From the NCBI GenBank assembly GCA_021432655.1, contig MU271207.1:18022-82021 (forward strand): a DNA stretch of 64,000 bases. The letters run 5' to 3'. The position numbers were made by a program, and so were the translations under genes. Shown piece by piece: positions 39,380 through 53,086 of the stretch. Under the pieces are notes generated by a model, which had not been told where the DNA came from, searched no databases, and saw nothing but the letters and a program-made list of their open reading frames with translations. How positions within the stretch are numbered: position 1 is the first letter of the stretch; every line of letters begins with the position of its first letter. This DNA comes from Atractiella rhizophila (taxonomy: Eukaryota).

Positions 39380-42013
39380 ATGGCTGAAGCTGAAGTCTCC
39401 ATGTATGCCTCCGACCTTCCTGCTCGGCTAGGATTATAACTAATGATGGGCCAGCCACTCCGTACCACGGTCTTCGTCGCCCAAGAACGAACAAGGGGAG
39501 AAGAAGAAGCTGAACAAGATCTCCTCACTCTTCACCCAGACCGTCAGCAATGCAGGAGCGAAAGCGATGCTGTATGGATGTGGAGTCACAGACGAGGAGA
39601 TGGATTTGCCTCAAGTCGGCATCGGCGCTGTTTGGTATATCTTCCCTCATATCATGGTTTCACCCTTCCTGAGGTACGCATACAGGTATGAAGGGAACCC
39701 TTGCAACACTCACCTCCTCGATCTCGCTCGCCAAGTCCAAGTAGGCTGCAAGGCAAATGGCATGGTTGGCTTCATCCACAGCACTCCGGGTGTCTCGTAC
39801 GTCTATCCTCTCCTGCTACCCGTTGACTGCTAACTTGCTAATGGTGATACAGGGACGGAATGACCCAAGGGAATGAAGGGATGAACTACAGTTTGCCATC
39901 CAGGGATCTGATCGCAGACAATATCGAGATGGTCCGCCTCTCTCCTCCTTCGCTTCTGTGGAACAAAAAGCCTGACGATGTTTGGCATGGGATCTGGTAG
40001 ATCATGCAAGCTCAGCACTACGATTCTTCCATTCTTCTCCCAGGGTGCGATAAGAATATGCCTGGTACCTTCATGGCTGCTGTGAGGCATAATAGGCCCA
40101 GCGTAATCATCTACGGCGGTACCATCGTGCGTTCCCCTCCCCCATACCGCTCCTCTTCAATGAGCCACACAATTCTTCATACCCGACGCATATTCCTCTC
40201 TCTTGCGCCAAGAACCAAAGAGAAAGCATCGCTAACGGATCATGCTGGAGGATAGAGCCCAGGAAAACGAACAGTCGACTGTCCCGCCGCCAACGCCAAA
40301 GCTGGGGACGAGTTCACGTTGGTGGAAGCTTTCGAGATCTACGGCGCCTACTTGGCTGGCAAGGTCTGTTTGGCCCCCAGTCTCCGACCCATCTTTGGTA
40401 TGATGCAGTGAAACATGCTGATCTATTGCGGCTGGGGTAGGTTACGGAAGAAGAGAGACTCGATGTCATCAGACATGCTTGTCCAGGTCCTGGCGTTCGT
40501 TCTTTCTACTTCCCTCCAGATCGTGAAGAAGATGTGACAATGGTGATAGGGCTGTGGAGGCATGTTTACTGCAAACACCATGTCCACATGTCTCGAAGTA
40601 CTGGGCATGTCTCTCCCATACAGCGCGAGCACTCCAGCGACCTATCCTGGTATGTTCTCCCCCTTCCTCCCCCGCCCCTTCTCAACATTGAGTCTTTCCA
40701 TTATGGAACAGCTAAACTTAAAGAATGTCTTTCGGCGGCTTCCTACCTCTACAAACTGCTCGAGAAAGATCTCAAACCAAGAGACATCGTCACAAGGCAA
40801 TCGTTCCTGAATGCTATTGCAGTCGTAAACGCCATCGGAGGTAGCACCAATGCGGTGCGTGCTCCTGCCCTTCTCTATTGTCCTCTTATCCCCATAGAAC
40901 ATAAACACTCACTGGCAACACAGGTCCTCCATTTGCTCGCGATGGCCAGATCGGCGGATATAGAGTTGACTATTGACGATTTCCAAGCTGGTTTGTCTCT
41001 TCTTCTTTCATTCAATATAACTAATGTGTTGCCGCTTCAATAGTTGCTGATAAGACTCCGTACATCTGCAACCTTAAACCGTCAGGAAAGTACAATATGG
41101 AGGACCTGCACAAGGTCGGAGGTATCCCCAGTGTGGTGAAATACCTGTTAGAGAACACAGACCTAATCGATGGTTGGCCTTCTCTCAAATTCTGGAATGA
41201 GAGCTTACATACTTATGGAATGGACCAGGCTCCCAAATGACTGTGACCGGCCAAACGCTTGCAGAGAACGTCTCGTCCGCTGCCCCCTTCGACTTCGACG
41301 CTCAAGACGTTGTCTACCCCATCGCCAAAGCGATCAAGAAGACTGGCCACCTCACCATCCTCCGCGGTAACCTCGCTCCGGGATCAGCAGTGGCTAAGAT
41401 CACAGGGAAGGAGGGATTGAGGTTTGAGGGAGTGGCGAAGGTGTTCGATAGGGAGGAAGACTTTTATCCCGCCTTGGAGAAAGGAGAGGTGAAGGAGGGA
41501 CATGCTGTCGTGCTGAGGTATTGTGGACCGAAAGGCGCACCCGGAATGCCTGTGAGTCGTTTTCTTGGGGGTATGTTGATTTTACGGCAGCTGATGTGTC
41601 ATGAATGAACAGGAAATGTTGGGTCCCACCGGAGCGTTGATGGGTGCTGGACTCGGCGGGAAGGTGTGCCTGCTCACAGGTTCGTCCCTCTCATTCCACT
41701 TCACCATTTCTCTAACTTTCGAACCCGATCCAAAGACGGTCGCTTCTCTGGAGCCTCGCGCGGTTTCATCGCTGGCCACATTTGTCCGGAAGCGCTCCTG
41801 GGCGGTCCCATCGCGTTGATTAAGGATGGAGACAGGATAGTGTTCGACTCGATCACGAGGAAGATCGACGCTGATCTGACAGAGGAGCAGTGGAAGGAGA
41901 GGAGGGAGGAGTGGGAGAAACATGGGCGGAAGGAACTCAATGTTAAGCGTGGAATCCTGTATCGGTATGCCAGGGATGTGAAGGAGGCTAATGTTGGTGC
42001 TTATTGTGACTGA
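39380..42013 (+). CDS. ILV3: Dihydroxy-acid dehydratase (IlvD/Edd family), divergent Ilv3-like
   Basis: [49 protein letters not shown] and TDGRFSG. Confidence 0.93.
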
Positions 42014-42225
42014 GAGCTGGAGAAGGATGGTTTGGAAAGAAAGGAGCATAAGCCTGAATGTTCGAATATCACAATCCAAATGAATTGACAATTGTAATTG
42101 TTTCATCCACAAAGGGATTAGCAACAAAAAACAAAAACATTGATCGTCCAATTGCTCTGCATGAATATGACCTACCGCCTCGGGGTTCCTGTGTCTGAAT
42201 ATAAGGAGAGTTTCTATGCTCCCTT

Positions 42226-43332
42226 CTAGAAAGGTTTCTTTTTGTCGCCTGAATCAATGTGCTTGGACGCCTCCCATAACTTCAGCGTGACCGCTTCAAG
42301 GTAACGCAAGCCCTGGTGTCCCTCATTGGCTGCTACCTTCGTCTCGTCATCGATCCACTTGAAACCGTTATCCAAGAACAAGCCAACGAGTCTCGCAACC
42401 TCAATGATCTCCTTCTGGTCATCAGAAACTGTCCCCATAGCCGTATACAACGACTCCCAGAACAAGTTGCGGAGATCCTGCTGATTCTCAAGATACTGCC
42501 AGCTCGGCTGGCCCTCCTCCCAAGTCGCAATCCCGAGCATGGTCTCGAGGCCACCGAGTGACAAGCCAAAAGGACCGATGGTGGCGTCCTTCCAGTCGCA
42601 GATGCCAGCGAGGTGGCCGGTCTGAGGGTTCACGTGGATATTATTCTCCAGGAGGTCGGTGTGATGAGGGACAAGCGGCCAGCTGTAGCTGAAGAGCTCC
42701 GGGAGCCTCCTGATGAGCTGGTCCAGCGTAGGCCAAAAACGCTCGGGTAGCCCTTGTCGAAGACTCATGAGTTCCGACATGTACTCTTTTTCCAGAGCAG
42801 CGCGATCTGGACACTTCATCCCTGCTGGTGTTTTGTGCCATGCCGAGGCGAAAAATCTTCAGGACACTGTTAGCCGCATAGTTCCCTTCACCCCAGAAGA
42901 GAGAGCGACGCACCTGGCAAAGTCTAAGACGGTTTGTCTAAGGAGGGAGGGATCACCATGGTGTAGGTTTTTGCGGGCAAGATACATCGAGATTCCACCC
43001 ACATTGGCCATTTTGTAGACGGAGAGCTCGTCCAAGGTGCCGACAAACTCATGGTGGGGCATGAATCCGTCGTAGGCTCGCTCAACGCATTTGAGAAAGT
43101 CAATATCTAGCATAGAGTCGCTGGAACGGAACTGGACGACACAGGTGCCATCGTTAGACACGACGGTGTAGCTAGTTGCACCTTGGACAGGCGTTGGGTG
43201 GACAGGCATGTCGGTAAGTCGGCTAGCTTCTTGGTCGCATTTTTCCTGCGTCAAAGGAGTGTTCTTCCGAAAGAAGGTCGTAATCTGAGCCTGGGACAGT
43301 TTTGCAATTGAAGCCGTAACAATATCCTGCAT
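42226..43332 (-). CDS. Aminoglycoside-phosphotransferase/protein-kinase-like protein
   Basis: A single intron 42913-42857 joins LDFAR to FFASAW. Motifs QGATSYTV, HTDLLENNIHV and GICDW. Confidence 0.85.
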
Positions 43333-43575
43333 TATGTCCTTTATAGATCAGCAGATCATTGGTACTAGTAGGCTGGGGTGATCACTGTTGTTGAAGCGAC
43401 TTAGTTGGGAAGAGCAAGAAGTAAAGCTGAGTGGAATTAGTTAGATGTAAAGCATGCAAGCGCATAACAAAGAAACGATAAAGAGTTGACATATCAAAGG
43501 TCGATCCAATGTCCATGTGTATCTTACCAGAGTATATTTGCATCATCAATGTTATAATTTTAATGTACATGTGTG

Positions 43576-46500
43576 TCAGTCCCCTCATCCCTCGGGCATC
43601 CCACCCTGCCAGGGGCTTCGCCCCTTGGACCCCAGCCTCCAGCAGCCTTTGGTGAGCACTGACTCACCATATGTACATGGGTTTTGGTATGAATCTATAT
43701 AATTTCAGTATAGGTCTACATGCATCCTATTGCGAAAATTCAAAACTTCTCTGTACACTATATTTTCCATCCTCTCATTCTCCATCTCTTGCACTTGGTG
43801 TAAATAAACTCATAGATTCTTAGCCTTCAAAACTCCAGAAAGTCCTACACAAAGTTGTCTATGTGGAAAAACTGGTGTGCCCCAATACAATCCAACAGTC
43901 TCCACCAACTGGCGGTGTGACTTATTGATGGTGAGACAGAAAGCCAATTTGACAGGGACATGAAACCAGCGTGAGGTAAACAGGAATGAATTGGAGGCCT
44001 TGCTATCCAATGCGATGTGTGGGATGAGGACTGAGGTGCCTAGGAATCTGCCTGTAATGATGGTAGCCCCAATGACACAGGAGAACAGCTGGGTGATGAT
44101 CAACGGTGTACCATTACAGAGCCCAGCTGAAGGATTGAGGTTTCGTATTAGGATGATAGGGGCTCCAACTTTGAGATGAAGACCATGACAAGGAAGACCC
44201 ATCATATTGAGAGTATTAGGATATCCAACTGTGAAGCCTTGTTGAATGTTCTCACTGTCATCCATCAATTGGTTGGCACTAAGGTAGATTTGTTCCTGCA
44301 GGAGAAAAATTATTGAATAAGCTGATTGTTTATCATGTCAACATCAACATTCAGGGCCGTAAGGACCATGTGCTCTGGAAAGTATTGCCTCAACTCAGCT
44401 AGGTTGACAGTAACTGAAGAACTCTGTCAACATTGTTTTAGCAATGTTGTCCATGCCAAGAATGTCACCCAGAGACTCATTGTTAGGGCTAACACTATGT
44501 GCGGCCGCTGACGGGCGATGCGTCTGTAGTGGGGGTAAACCTAAGAGAATAGTATGGCATGAGAAGACTAACCTGTAGTGGGGTAAACCTAAGAGAATAC
44601 TCTGAGGTCACCACCACTACATCTCGATATATATATACATATGTAAAGGCACTGCCATAAACTGTAACATACTTTGCTTGAAACACGTAAGATAGCTAGA
44701 TCAAGAAAGTAATAAAGGGAATACTCGGAAATAAGATATACTGGGTAGTACTAGTGAGAAAGGACAATAAGGCAAAAATGGAGACGGTGCAGACCGGCGA
44801 AATGTATAAGGTTTGCTGAGCGTCGATTCGTGTGAGAAATGGGAAAGCGGCGAACAGAGCAGACATCAGCAAAGCGGCGATGGGTAAGCACGTGATCTCA
44901 TGACACGGTAAAGTGGGTCACATGACCTCGGATGGTGCATTTTGGTAATGCGTAGGGGCAAGCCTGACACTCATCCTGAGGATTAAAGGTCACAGAATGC
45001 TGATCAGGGAGGTGTACTGCCAAGTGAATAACTATAGGAAAATTCTGGTGTAAAGTAAAATGGAAAATCCTGTAACAGGCTGTAAATTATCTCATAAATA
45101 ACATCATCTTGGGGGTAGTTCTTAACACTTAATTTCAGAAGATCTGATGAATCTAGCATCAAGTACTCTTAAATCTCATCCACCACCATAACATCACCTT
45201 GGGTGCTATGAAGGATAGCTTGTGCCCGATCAGTTCCTTTTTAAATATATTTGAAGAGGTACTTGATTGATTTGATGGGGGTGCAGGGTTCCACATTGAT
45301 ATGAGCTATAAAGTGCCAAAGGACATAAGCATTAAACGGTATGACCCGATGATTGTCGTGAATAAATCCATTCTGTGATTTCTGAAAGGTACATCCATTG
45401 TTATGGCGATACATCCTCGTTGATGCCCATTTCTTCCACAAATAGCTTCGGAAACCCTGTGCCATAGATTTTTTTTCCAGGATTTTTACGATCATTTATC
45501 ATGCATGGAGCATCTGGGTTGATATCTCTGCAGGGTCCATGAAGCATATGATTGCAGACAATCTCAAACAATTCAGGGTCTGTATCCTTGTCAGGCAATT
45601 TGGCAGATACTATATGGTAGATCGCCTCGACATCCCTGATGGCATCTTCAGGATTGAGGATGATGAGGGTGTGAGCATGAGGGAGACCATGTTTCTAAAA
45701 TTCAATCACCTAGAAGGAGCGACGGACTTTTCAAAGATTAAGTTATCCTTGTAAGCCTTCACCTTTGCATTGAAAACTCTAGAGACCAAGTCTGGTCAAT
45801 CGGCAGCTGTTTACCCAGGAAGTAGAGTTCAGTTCCCAACAATTGTCATAGCATCTTGGAATTGCTGGTTAATTTGGCAGGGACATTCCTTGTATGATGA
45901 TGGTAGAATGGTCCACCCAACATCTACAGCAGCTCGAGCATCTTCTAAGGCATCGCCAAGTCCAACATAAGACTCAGTTCAGGGAACTTCTTGAGTGTAC
46001 CTCAGGAACCTCAATCTTACTTTCTATTTGAGCATAAACATCGTAAACCAATTCTTGAAACAGCTGGCCTCCATGGTGAATTAGAGAGAATGTGCCCTTC
46101 TTGAAGTGAAGCAGGTAGGAATAATAGTTTATCTGAGTAACATGTTTCTGTTCCCCCATATTCTATTTATATATATTCATCATAATGTTAGGTAAAATAA
46201 TGTCCCTAATCAGAATGAAATTATTAAAGATTATTGTAAGGAATTACCAACTATTTGTCCTGCATCATTTCGATATTCCTCTCATAGACCACGTTGAGAC
46301 AGATCTCCATGACTGAGGGGGATATATATGTGCCAACCTTGCTTGCCATAGAGGAACAAAAGTGGGAAGCATAGAGGAAGACAGTTGGCGTTCTGATAAC
46401 TAATTTTTTCAAAAAATTCTGACCATCAGGACGTCGAAATTTAACCACAATGTCCCTTGTAATATGCCACATCAACTTCCTCAAAGTACCATCCTTGAGT

Positions 46501-47301
46501 TTGTGCTGTCCAATGGTCTCTAGGCTTTGTCAAATCTGCCCTTAGGAATCCCAACATGTAGATTTGTACAAACCATTCATCTCCATCAGAATCAGGTAAC
46601 AAAACTCTAATACGATGGCACAGCTCCCCTTGAATCCGGAAAGAGTAAACTCCTTGCCCAGGAAGAGGTAGCCACCCGCTTGACTCCAAGAGAAGTAAAG
46701 GAAAGAGCATTATTGTAGGAGCGGATATTCTCTCAAAACTGCTGTGATACTTGGGTATCTGGGTTGATTCATAGCTGATGTAATTCTGCTGGTGGTTCTT
46801 CATAAGCAGGAAGAACAATCTTTCCCAGAGAACAACAGTTAGAAAACCTTGGATTCTGCTTAGAGCTCCTTGCGATCTGTTCCTCCACTTTATTCCGGCC
46901 TGAAAGTTACATAGCCTCCACTGTGTCTGGTAAGTAGTTGAATACAGTAAAGGATGCTGATCTTGTCTTGCATCCCGAGAAGCTATCATGGTTAGGAAGA
47001 TTGAGAATCTCAAATTGTCCCTCCTACTGTCCATCAGAGAGACCGACATCGCTTTCTTCATGTAAAGGTGGCGGGTCTGGCTGATGTCGGCATCAATGTC
47101 CTCTAGAAAGGTTCACCCTCCTGCTGCTGCACATGAATTTGACAGGTCGAATATTGAGGAGGTGTAGGTTGTGTAAGCTGAAAGCGCTGAGGCAACCCTG
47201 CAGCACGCCTCTCGAGGAGGATCAACAAGGCTATCTTCTCGCTTCTGCTGTTGGGCCTTAAATTCGTGTCTCAGCATCTTTTTTTTGCTTGGGATGGACA
47301 T
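43576..47301 (-). mobile_element. Degenerate, internally deleted Helitron (RepHel pseudogene)
   Basis: FSNCCSLGKIVL, YSFRIQGELCHRI, HUH motif IEF*KHGLPHAH, HMLHGPC, HINVE..SIKYLFKYI, and Pif1 tail LKVGAPIILIRNL/GLCNGT/AFCLTINKS. A GC hairpin aggggcTTCgcccct lies at ~43611-43625. Confidence 0.9.
44481..44969. mobile_element. Solo LTR (489 bp) inserted in the Helitron
   Basis: Termini are TGTTAGG...CCTGACA, with a 5-bp TSD CTCAT at 44476-44480 and 44970-44974. Excision restores Helitron frame HLAVHLPDQHSVTFNPQDE-SLGDI...TMLTEFF. Confidence 0.88.
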
Positions 47302-47779
47302 AAAGAGTCTACTTGTCCATCAGAAGCATGTAAGAGGCTATATGTCACTTACATGTTAGTGCTTTCCTTCCAAGATAAAGGGAATAGGATAATGTAGAAC
47401 ATCGTAGGACTTAGGAAAGGATTTCCACTCCTCCTTACTTAGCCATCTGTCTAATCCAAAATTTTGCATCTTTAGTCTGTCCTCCATCTTTCCTCACCTA
47501 GCTCCTTATCCTTAATTCCACATTTCATATCTTCACCACTCCTCCATTCTCTTTCTTCATTTGGTCTTTAGACAACTTCTCATTCCTGTTCTCTCAAACA
47601 TGCATTCTTGGAGAAGCACTCTTCAGTTTTCTGCCTCCTTTTTCTTTCGTATGATGGATAAGATCATAAATTCTTCCTTGTACTATGTCGTCTGCCACGT
47701 CAAATTTTGTGTTGGAATTTTATTATCAAGTTAATAAAGAGAAATGGTACTACAACCATCTGATATGACATAATTGAGT

Positions 47780-47990
47780 AGCACTTTTGGGTTGTGGAGG
47801 AATGCTTGTCCAAGAATGATACTATGGTTTAAAGAAGGTATAATGAAGAAATCTTGAGGGACGGATCCTAGATTAATATCGGCATTTTCTGTGATTCCAG
47901 CAATGATACTCCTAAGACTGTTGGCTCCTGTGATAGAGTAAGAATCAGTAAATTGTAACTTTTAAATTCATCCTCACAATCACCCATCTC
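47780..47990 (-). pseudogene. Possible Gypsy aspartic protease relic
   Basis: DFFIIPSLNHSIILGQAFL resembles the retropepsin ILG..FL motif. It is surrounded by stops. Confidence 0.35.
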
Positions 47991-49639
47991 AGCTTCCTAA
48001 TCTTAGGTTTATAAGACAACTTTTCTTCCATATTCTATGTTCCTGTCTTCAGTATTCTCCATACTTCTCTTCTTCCATTATGATTTTCATATGTTTATGC
48101 TCTTATTGTTTTTGTTGTTTTTTTCTTTTATCTTTCTCCATTCCTCTACTGACAGCTCTATCATACCATTAGTACAGTAGGGCCAAGGCTACAACTAGAA
48201 GTAAGGAGGGTCAAGATCTTGATCCTATGAGGACAGAGATAACATGTGAGTCAGCCAAATTATAGAAGAGCTTGAAACCACAACAACGACGTTGTATCTG
48301 CCATGGAAGAAATTGTGAATCAGAAGAACTAAGCAAACAATCTAATAGCACATATTTGGGGTAGAGAGAGACCTTGAGAACTGCATAAGTAACTCAAGAT
48401 AAGAAACAGAGTAGTCCACAACTCCTTCCAGATGTGATGAAATGTGGTGAGAGTTAAACCCAACTCTACACAAGCACCACTTCCTCCCAGACCCTATTGT
48501 GTACCCCTAATCCCTTAGGGATGTATCCTCTTGCTAAATCTGATATGGCCAATTACTCTCTGCTCTGCTCTACCTCCCATTTCACCACTTATCATATCCA
48601 CATTATCATCGTCTAAAAGTCCTCCATCCTCACCCACCATCAGCATCTTGCTTATATCCATCTGTCCTTGTTAATCTCATCCAAATAAACTACCCCTCAA
48701 TGCCCCAAAGGAACTCCTCTATAATCTCTCTCAAATAATCCTTGTCCTCAACCGTCCTTTCCAAAACTTCCAACAATACATTAAACTCTTGAGCCAAGCA
48801 ATTTCTGAACTCTTGAGTGGAGTAATTTGCAAACTTTCAAGTATAAAGTAATACTCCAGCCTTACTGCATCTCAAAGAAGGTGGTTATCTATGTTTTATT
48901 TTATAAAGTTGATATGATTGTGGGCAGAATTTACTATAATCGATTCAAAAAAAGTTCAGTTGTGTTGTGTAAGTGTTAGGGTTTGCTTATGGATATAGCT
49001 CAGATTCTGGAATATGTGGCAAAGGTTCTGTCAGGCAGGTGGCAAATAGAGTTAACAGTGGATTATACTGGAACATTCTGGACCTTGTGACTGTCTGTGT
49101 ATAAATATCTCTGCCAATGGAGTGAGATATCCAGATTGGTTCTCCAAAAATCTACGATATTAAATTGTATTTTTCCTAAACTTTCCACTATTGGATTAGG
49201 TAACGGACTTTGAGCATTTAATCAGAAATTGTAACTCATATTTGCTTCTGTACTTGTAACGGTCTCTGCCCCTATCCACTCCAATCTAAAGAGTATGCTA
49301 CTATACATACTATTAATACTTTTGTTTACTTTTATCACTCCTTGATTCACCTTCTTAATATCTCCTTCACATTTACCATCTCTTCTTTCAGCTCCTTGAG
49401 ATCTTCCTTTATGTCTTGTTTTATGGTCATATGCTTGCGAATGTCCTAGGAATGGCATTCAATGGTTGTCCTCATCGTCTCCATATTGACAAGAATAGCT
49501 GTTTGGGATTCAGTTCTTCTTCTACCATCATGCTATGGGAGGGATCCATCTTGTTCTCGATTTCTGTCCTCCATTACTCCATGAGGTTATGAGGAACTAT
49601 GAGTAATGAGGAAAGATTCTTCATCTGCCAAAAGCCGAT

Positions 49640-50120
49640 CATAATGAAGATGGAACATGTTGTTGTGCTGGTAAGTATTATTTAACCTGTATAAATATGG
49701 TCAACACTTCCTTTTATTTAGAGAAATTAATGGTATTATGGCCTGACTGTGGATCTCAGAAGCCTAAGGTGGCTAAGGTTGTTGAAAGAACAGGACACCT
49801 TGCCATCTTCTTTCCTAAGTTTCATTGTGAACTTTCGTGTATCGAGTTTTTCTGGGGTACAGCTAAACAATTTGTTCGAGGTGAGTTTTAAAGCCATTTT
49901 CTCTATCGTGGGTACTGAAAGGTGGCACAGAAAACTGTTTATATACTTTTGAGGGATTATAACAAACTATTCTACATGGTTTGAAATCAGTTCTGTTCTC
50001 ATAATTTGAAGATTTGAACACAGAACGCATTGATGGGTAAAAGCCTATCAGGAAGGGGAAAATGTTGTGGACGCTGGGTACCAGGTGTGACAATATGCTT
50101 CTCACCGCCGAGTTCCTAAC
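49640..50120 (+). mobile_element. Tc1/mariner-like DDE transposase C-terminal relic
   Basis: GHLAIFFPKFHCELSCIEFFWGTAKQFVR. Confidence 0.7.
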
Positions 50121-52805
50121 ATTAGAGCAGCTTGTGATGCTTTCCTGTCAATTTTTTTCTATATAAAATCATCATTAAATTACTACAAAATTGGTAGAAT
50201 ATCTAGAATGATGATTTTATATAGAAAAACAATTACCTGTAGCAAACCTATATATTAGAATAAAAATAAAATTTGATCTGAAAAAAAAATTAGCCACTTT
50301 TCAAAGTAGGTGGTAACTAAATAATCTACACTATACAACAATGGAACTTACCGGTACTCTGAGCTTATGTTTTGTGGTCAGATATAAAATCAAGCAGGTG
50401 GAGAGGTAGAAAAAGCTAGATTTCAAGAGGAAGGAAGAGGGCCTTTATAGGGTTACAGGATTGTATGTTACAAGAGAGACAAGAAGGAATATAAGGTATA
50501 AACAAGCCTAAAAATGAGAAAGCGAACATAAATAAGAAAGCTACAGAATTCCTCTCTCTTCATTGGAGATTTTCCGGCTGTTCAAGGCATGGCATCTAAT
50601 TCGCATCTAATTCTCCTTACTCATCCTGAGCCCTTGTAAGGGATTTAGAGGAGAAGAGAGGAGGACAACTTTATTGGGGTAAATACAAATAGTCAAAATC
50701 TCCCCCCGCTTCCAGAGAAGGAAGTGCTGTCGGCGCTAAAGGCACAAGCAGTCTTTCTCACAGTTCAAGTTCACCTCACTTCCTTTTCTCTCGACACAGA
50801 TATCTCGCTCCGGAGATCGTGATGGAAATAAAATATAACATAGATAATGATATTGAATTCATCATCTGACTTTAATCCAGTTACAATAAGGGAACAGGAA
50901 CCTTTACCGCTCGTGTCCAAGATCATACAGCTGATGAATGTAACAATAACATTCTCTGTTACATCCATACAACCTTCCTGTTCCAGCTCCCACGGCTTGA
51001 TATACATGTCCACTTAATTCACTGATGAACAGCAAATGCCCCATCTGTGATCAAGGGCATCAGCATATTGAATCCATTGATCAAGCAAATCATAGGGAGT
51101 TGGTCAATAGGCGGGGGTCAGAGTGGGTTCTGCCTATCAGTAAGCTTTCGGCCCCTCAAGGTAGCAGGAAACTCACTTAGTTCAGCCTTGTGTAAGTGTA
51201 TAAGCTGGTAGTGTTGTTCCAGGTGCCTAATTTTGTTCCAGGTTCCTAATTCTCTATGATTAGGACTTGGAGTGGGGCAAGGTGGAAAATTTTCAAATTG
51301 AGGAAATGGTGGAAACTACGGTGGGTAGCTGTTTGAAGACAACACAAGTGTAGAACAGTACGCTACTTTTCTGTATGTAATACAATGTAAAGCAAGCAGT
51401 GGCAATGAGATTATAATGGAAGTAAGGGCCAACTCCAAAGATGCTTTGTTTTGTGGCACCTTAGCAGCACTAGAACTTTAGTTTTCTCACAGATTTCATT
51501 TCCATCGAATGCCAAATTGTAGGAAAGAAGCAATGACCCAGGTCTGCTTACACTAAATGTACGCTTCCTTCTTCTCCATCCCCTTTTCCTTTGCTCTATC
51601 CACCTCTTGGCTTGTGAACACAGTGTGACTGTAATGGTGCTGGTATAATTGAGTGCTAAATGGCTGGCAACAGAGGCAGCACAGTTGTCAATAATGCTAA
51701 GTTGGCCTGTGTGTGTTTTGTTGTATTTATTCTCATGTAATACTGATTCTTACTTTCTAAATTCTTTAATGCCTTCTGATGGAGGAGATGGAGAAGATGT
51801 ATACAAGTGTGGTTGACCTCCAGATTTGGATACTAAGAAAGAGGACGATGATAACAACAAACATAAATTTGCACAGAGGTGTGTGGAGGAATGTCATTAC
51901 ATTGGCTATGATGGAGAGCCAGTTGTAAGGATGTTTGGACCAGTAAGTGTTGTTTTCCTTGGAGACATCGGGGACAAGAAGATTTTAGGAAGCCAAGCTG
52001 TTGCAGCCCCATTTACAACAACACCAAGTTTGTGCACTGCCAAGGGTATGATGAAAATTGTGGGCTGTGTGCCCACAAGTTCAAGAGCATAGGGGCTCAC
52101 CTTTGACCTCATCATATATCCTACCACTTGATAGACCTCAGGAGTAATCCCTTTCCTTACTATAAGCTTCAATCATTTAATGAAGAGCTAGACCAGCATC
52201 AGAGCCACTCTATCACACCATCATCCTCACAGTAACTCTGTCCTAGCCCTCCTCAGGTATGCCTATTTCATTCACTGCACATTGTGGTGACCAATAACAG
52301 CAGGCTCCTATGCCCAACTTTGAAATAAAGGTGAAGCCATAACCCTGTCATATCACTATACACCTTACCACAACCCCTCCACTTCTAAGTCCTCCACCCT
52401 TACCTCTAGCTCCCCCTCTTCTAGGGTGTTATCCCCTACATTGGACAAGAAGCAGAAGAAAAGACATGGACCAACAATTAAGCATCTGCTGATTATTGTA
52501 GAAACCAAATAGGATATGATTATGAGTGCGCTTGAGGGGAAAGTACTGGAGAAGTAGGAATAATTTAGATATATATGTAGATAATATAATATTCATAATG
52601 TACCTATCTCCTTGAAACTTGCCAATCCAATAAACATGATTCCTCCCTTTAGCCCACAATATCTTGAGGGTTATTAGAACCTGTATATGTTTCCTCCAAT
52701 CTCAGTATACAAATGACCCCCCTCAAATTCTCCAAACACATTTATCCAATCAAAGCCTTCCATTCTATTACTAGTGTCACGATGGTGTTGAATAGATACA
52801 TTGAC

Positions 52806-53086
52806 TCTTAGAGAAGGTTTGAATGAGTATGTGGATGTATGTCCATCTAAGCTCTATCTAATGGGCTCAACATTCTTTACTTTCCGATGTTCCTCGATGT
52901 CCATCTAAGCTCTATCTAATGGGCTCAACATTCTTTACTTTCCGATGTTCCTCCCAAAGAATGTTGAGCCCATTAGATAGAGCTTAGATGGACATCGAGG
53001 AACATCGGAAAGTAAAGAATGTTGAGCCCATTAGATAGAGCTTAGATGGACATACATCCACATACTCATTCAAACCTTCTCTAAGA
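52806..53086. repeat. 281-bp palindrome (131-bp arms, 19-nt spacer) containing a 58-bp tandem repeat
   Basis: 52806-52936 is the reverse complement of 52956-53086. Confidence 0.95.

Noticed and set aside
26087..43332. Possible secondary-metabolite cluster (AKR, phosphatase, DHAD, kinase)
   Set aside because: No PKS, NRPS, terpene cyclase or other core biosynthetic enzyme is present in the window.
52839..53053. Repeated 58-bp units as a possible CRISPR array
   Set aside because: No unique spacers, no cas genes, and the context is eukaryotic.
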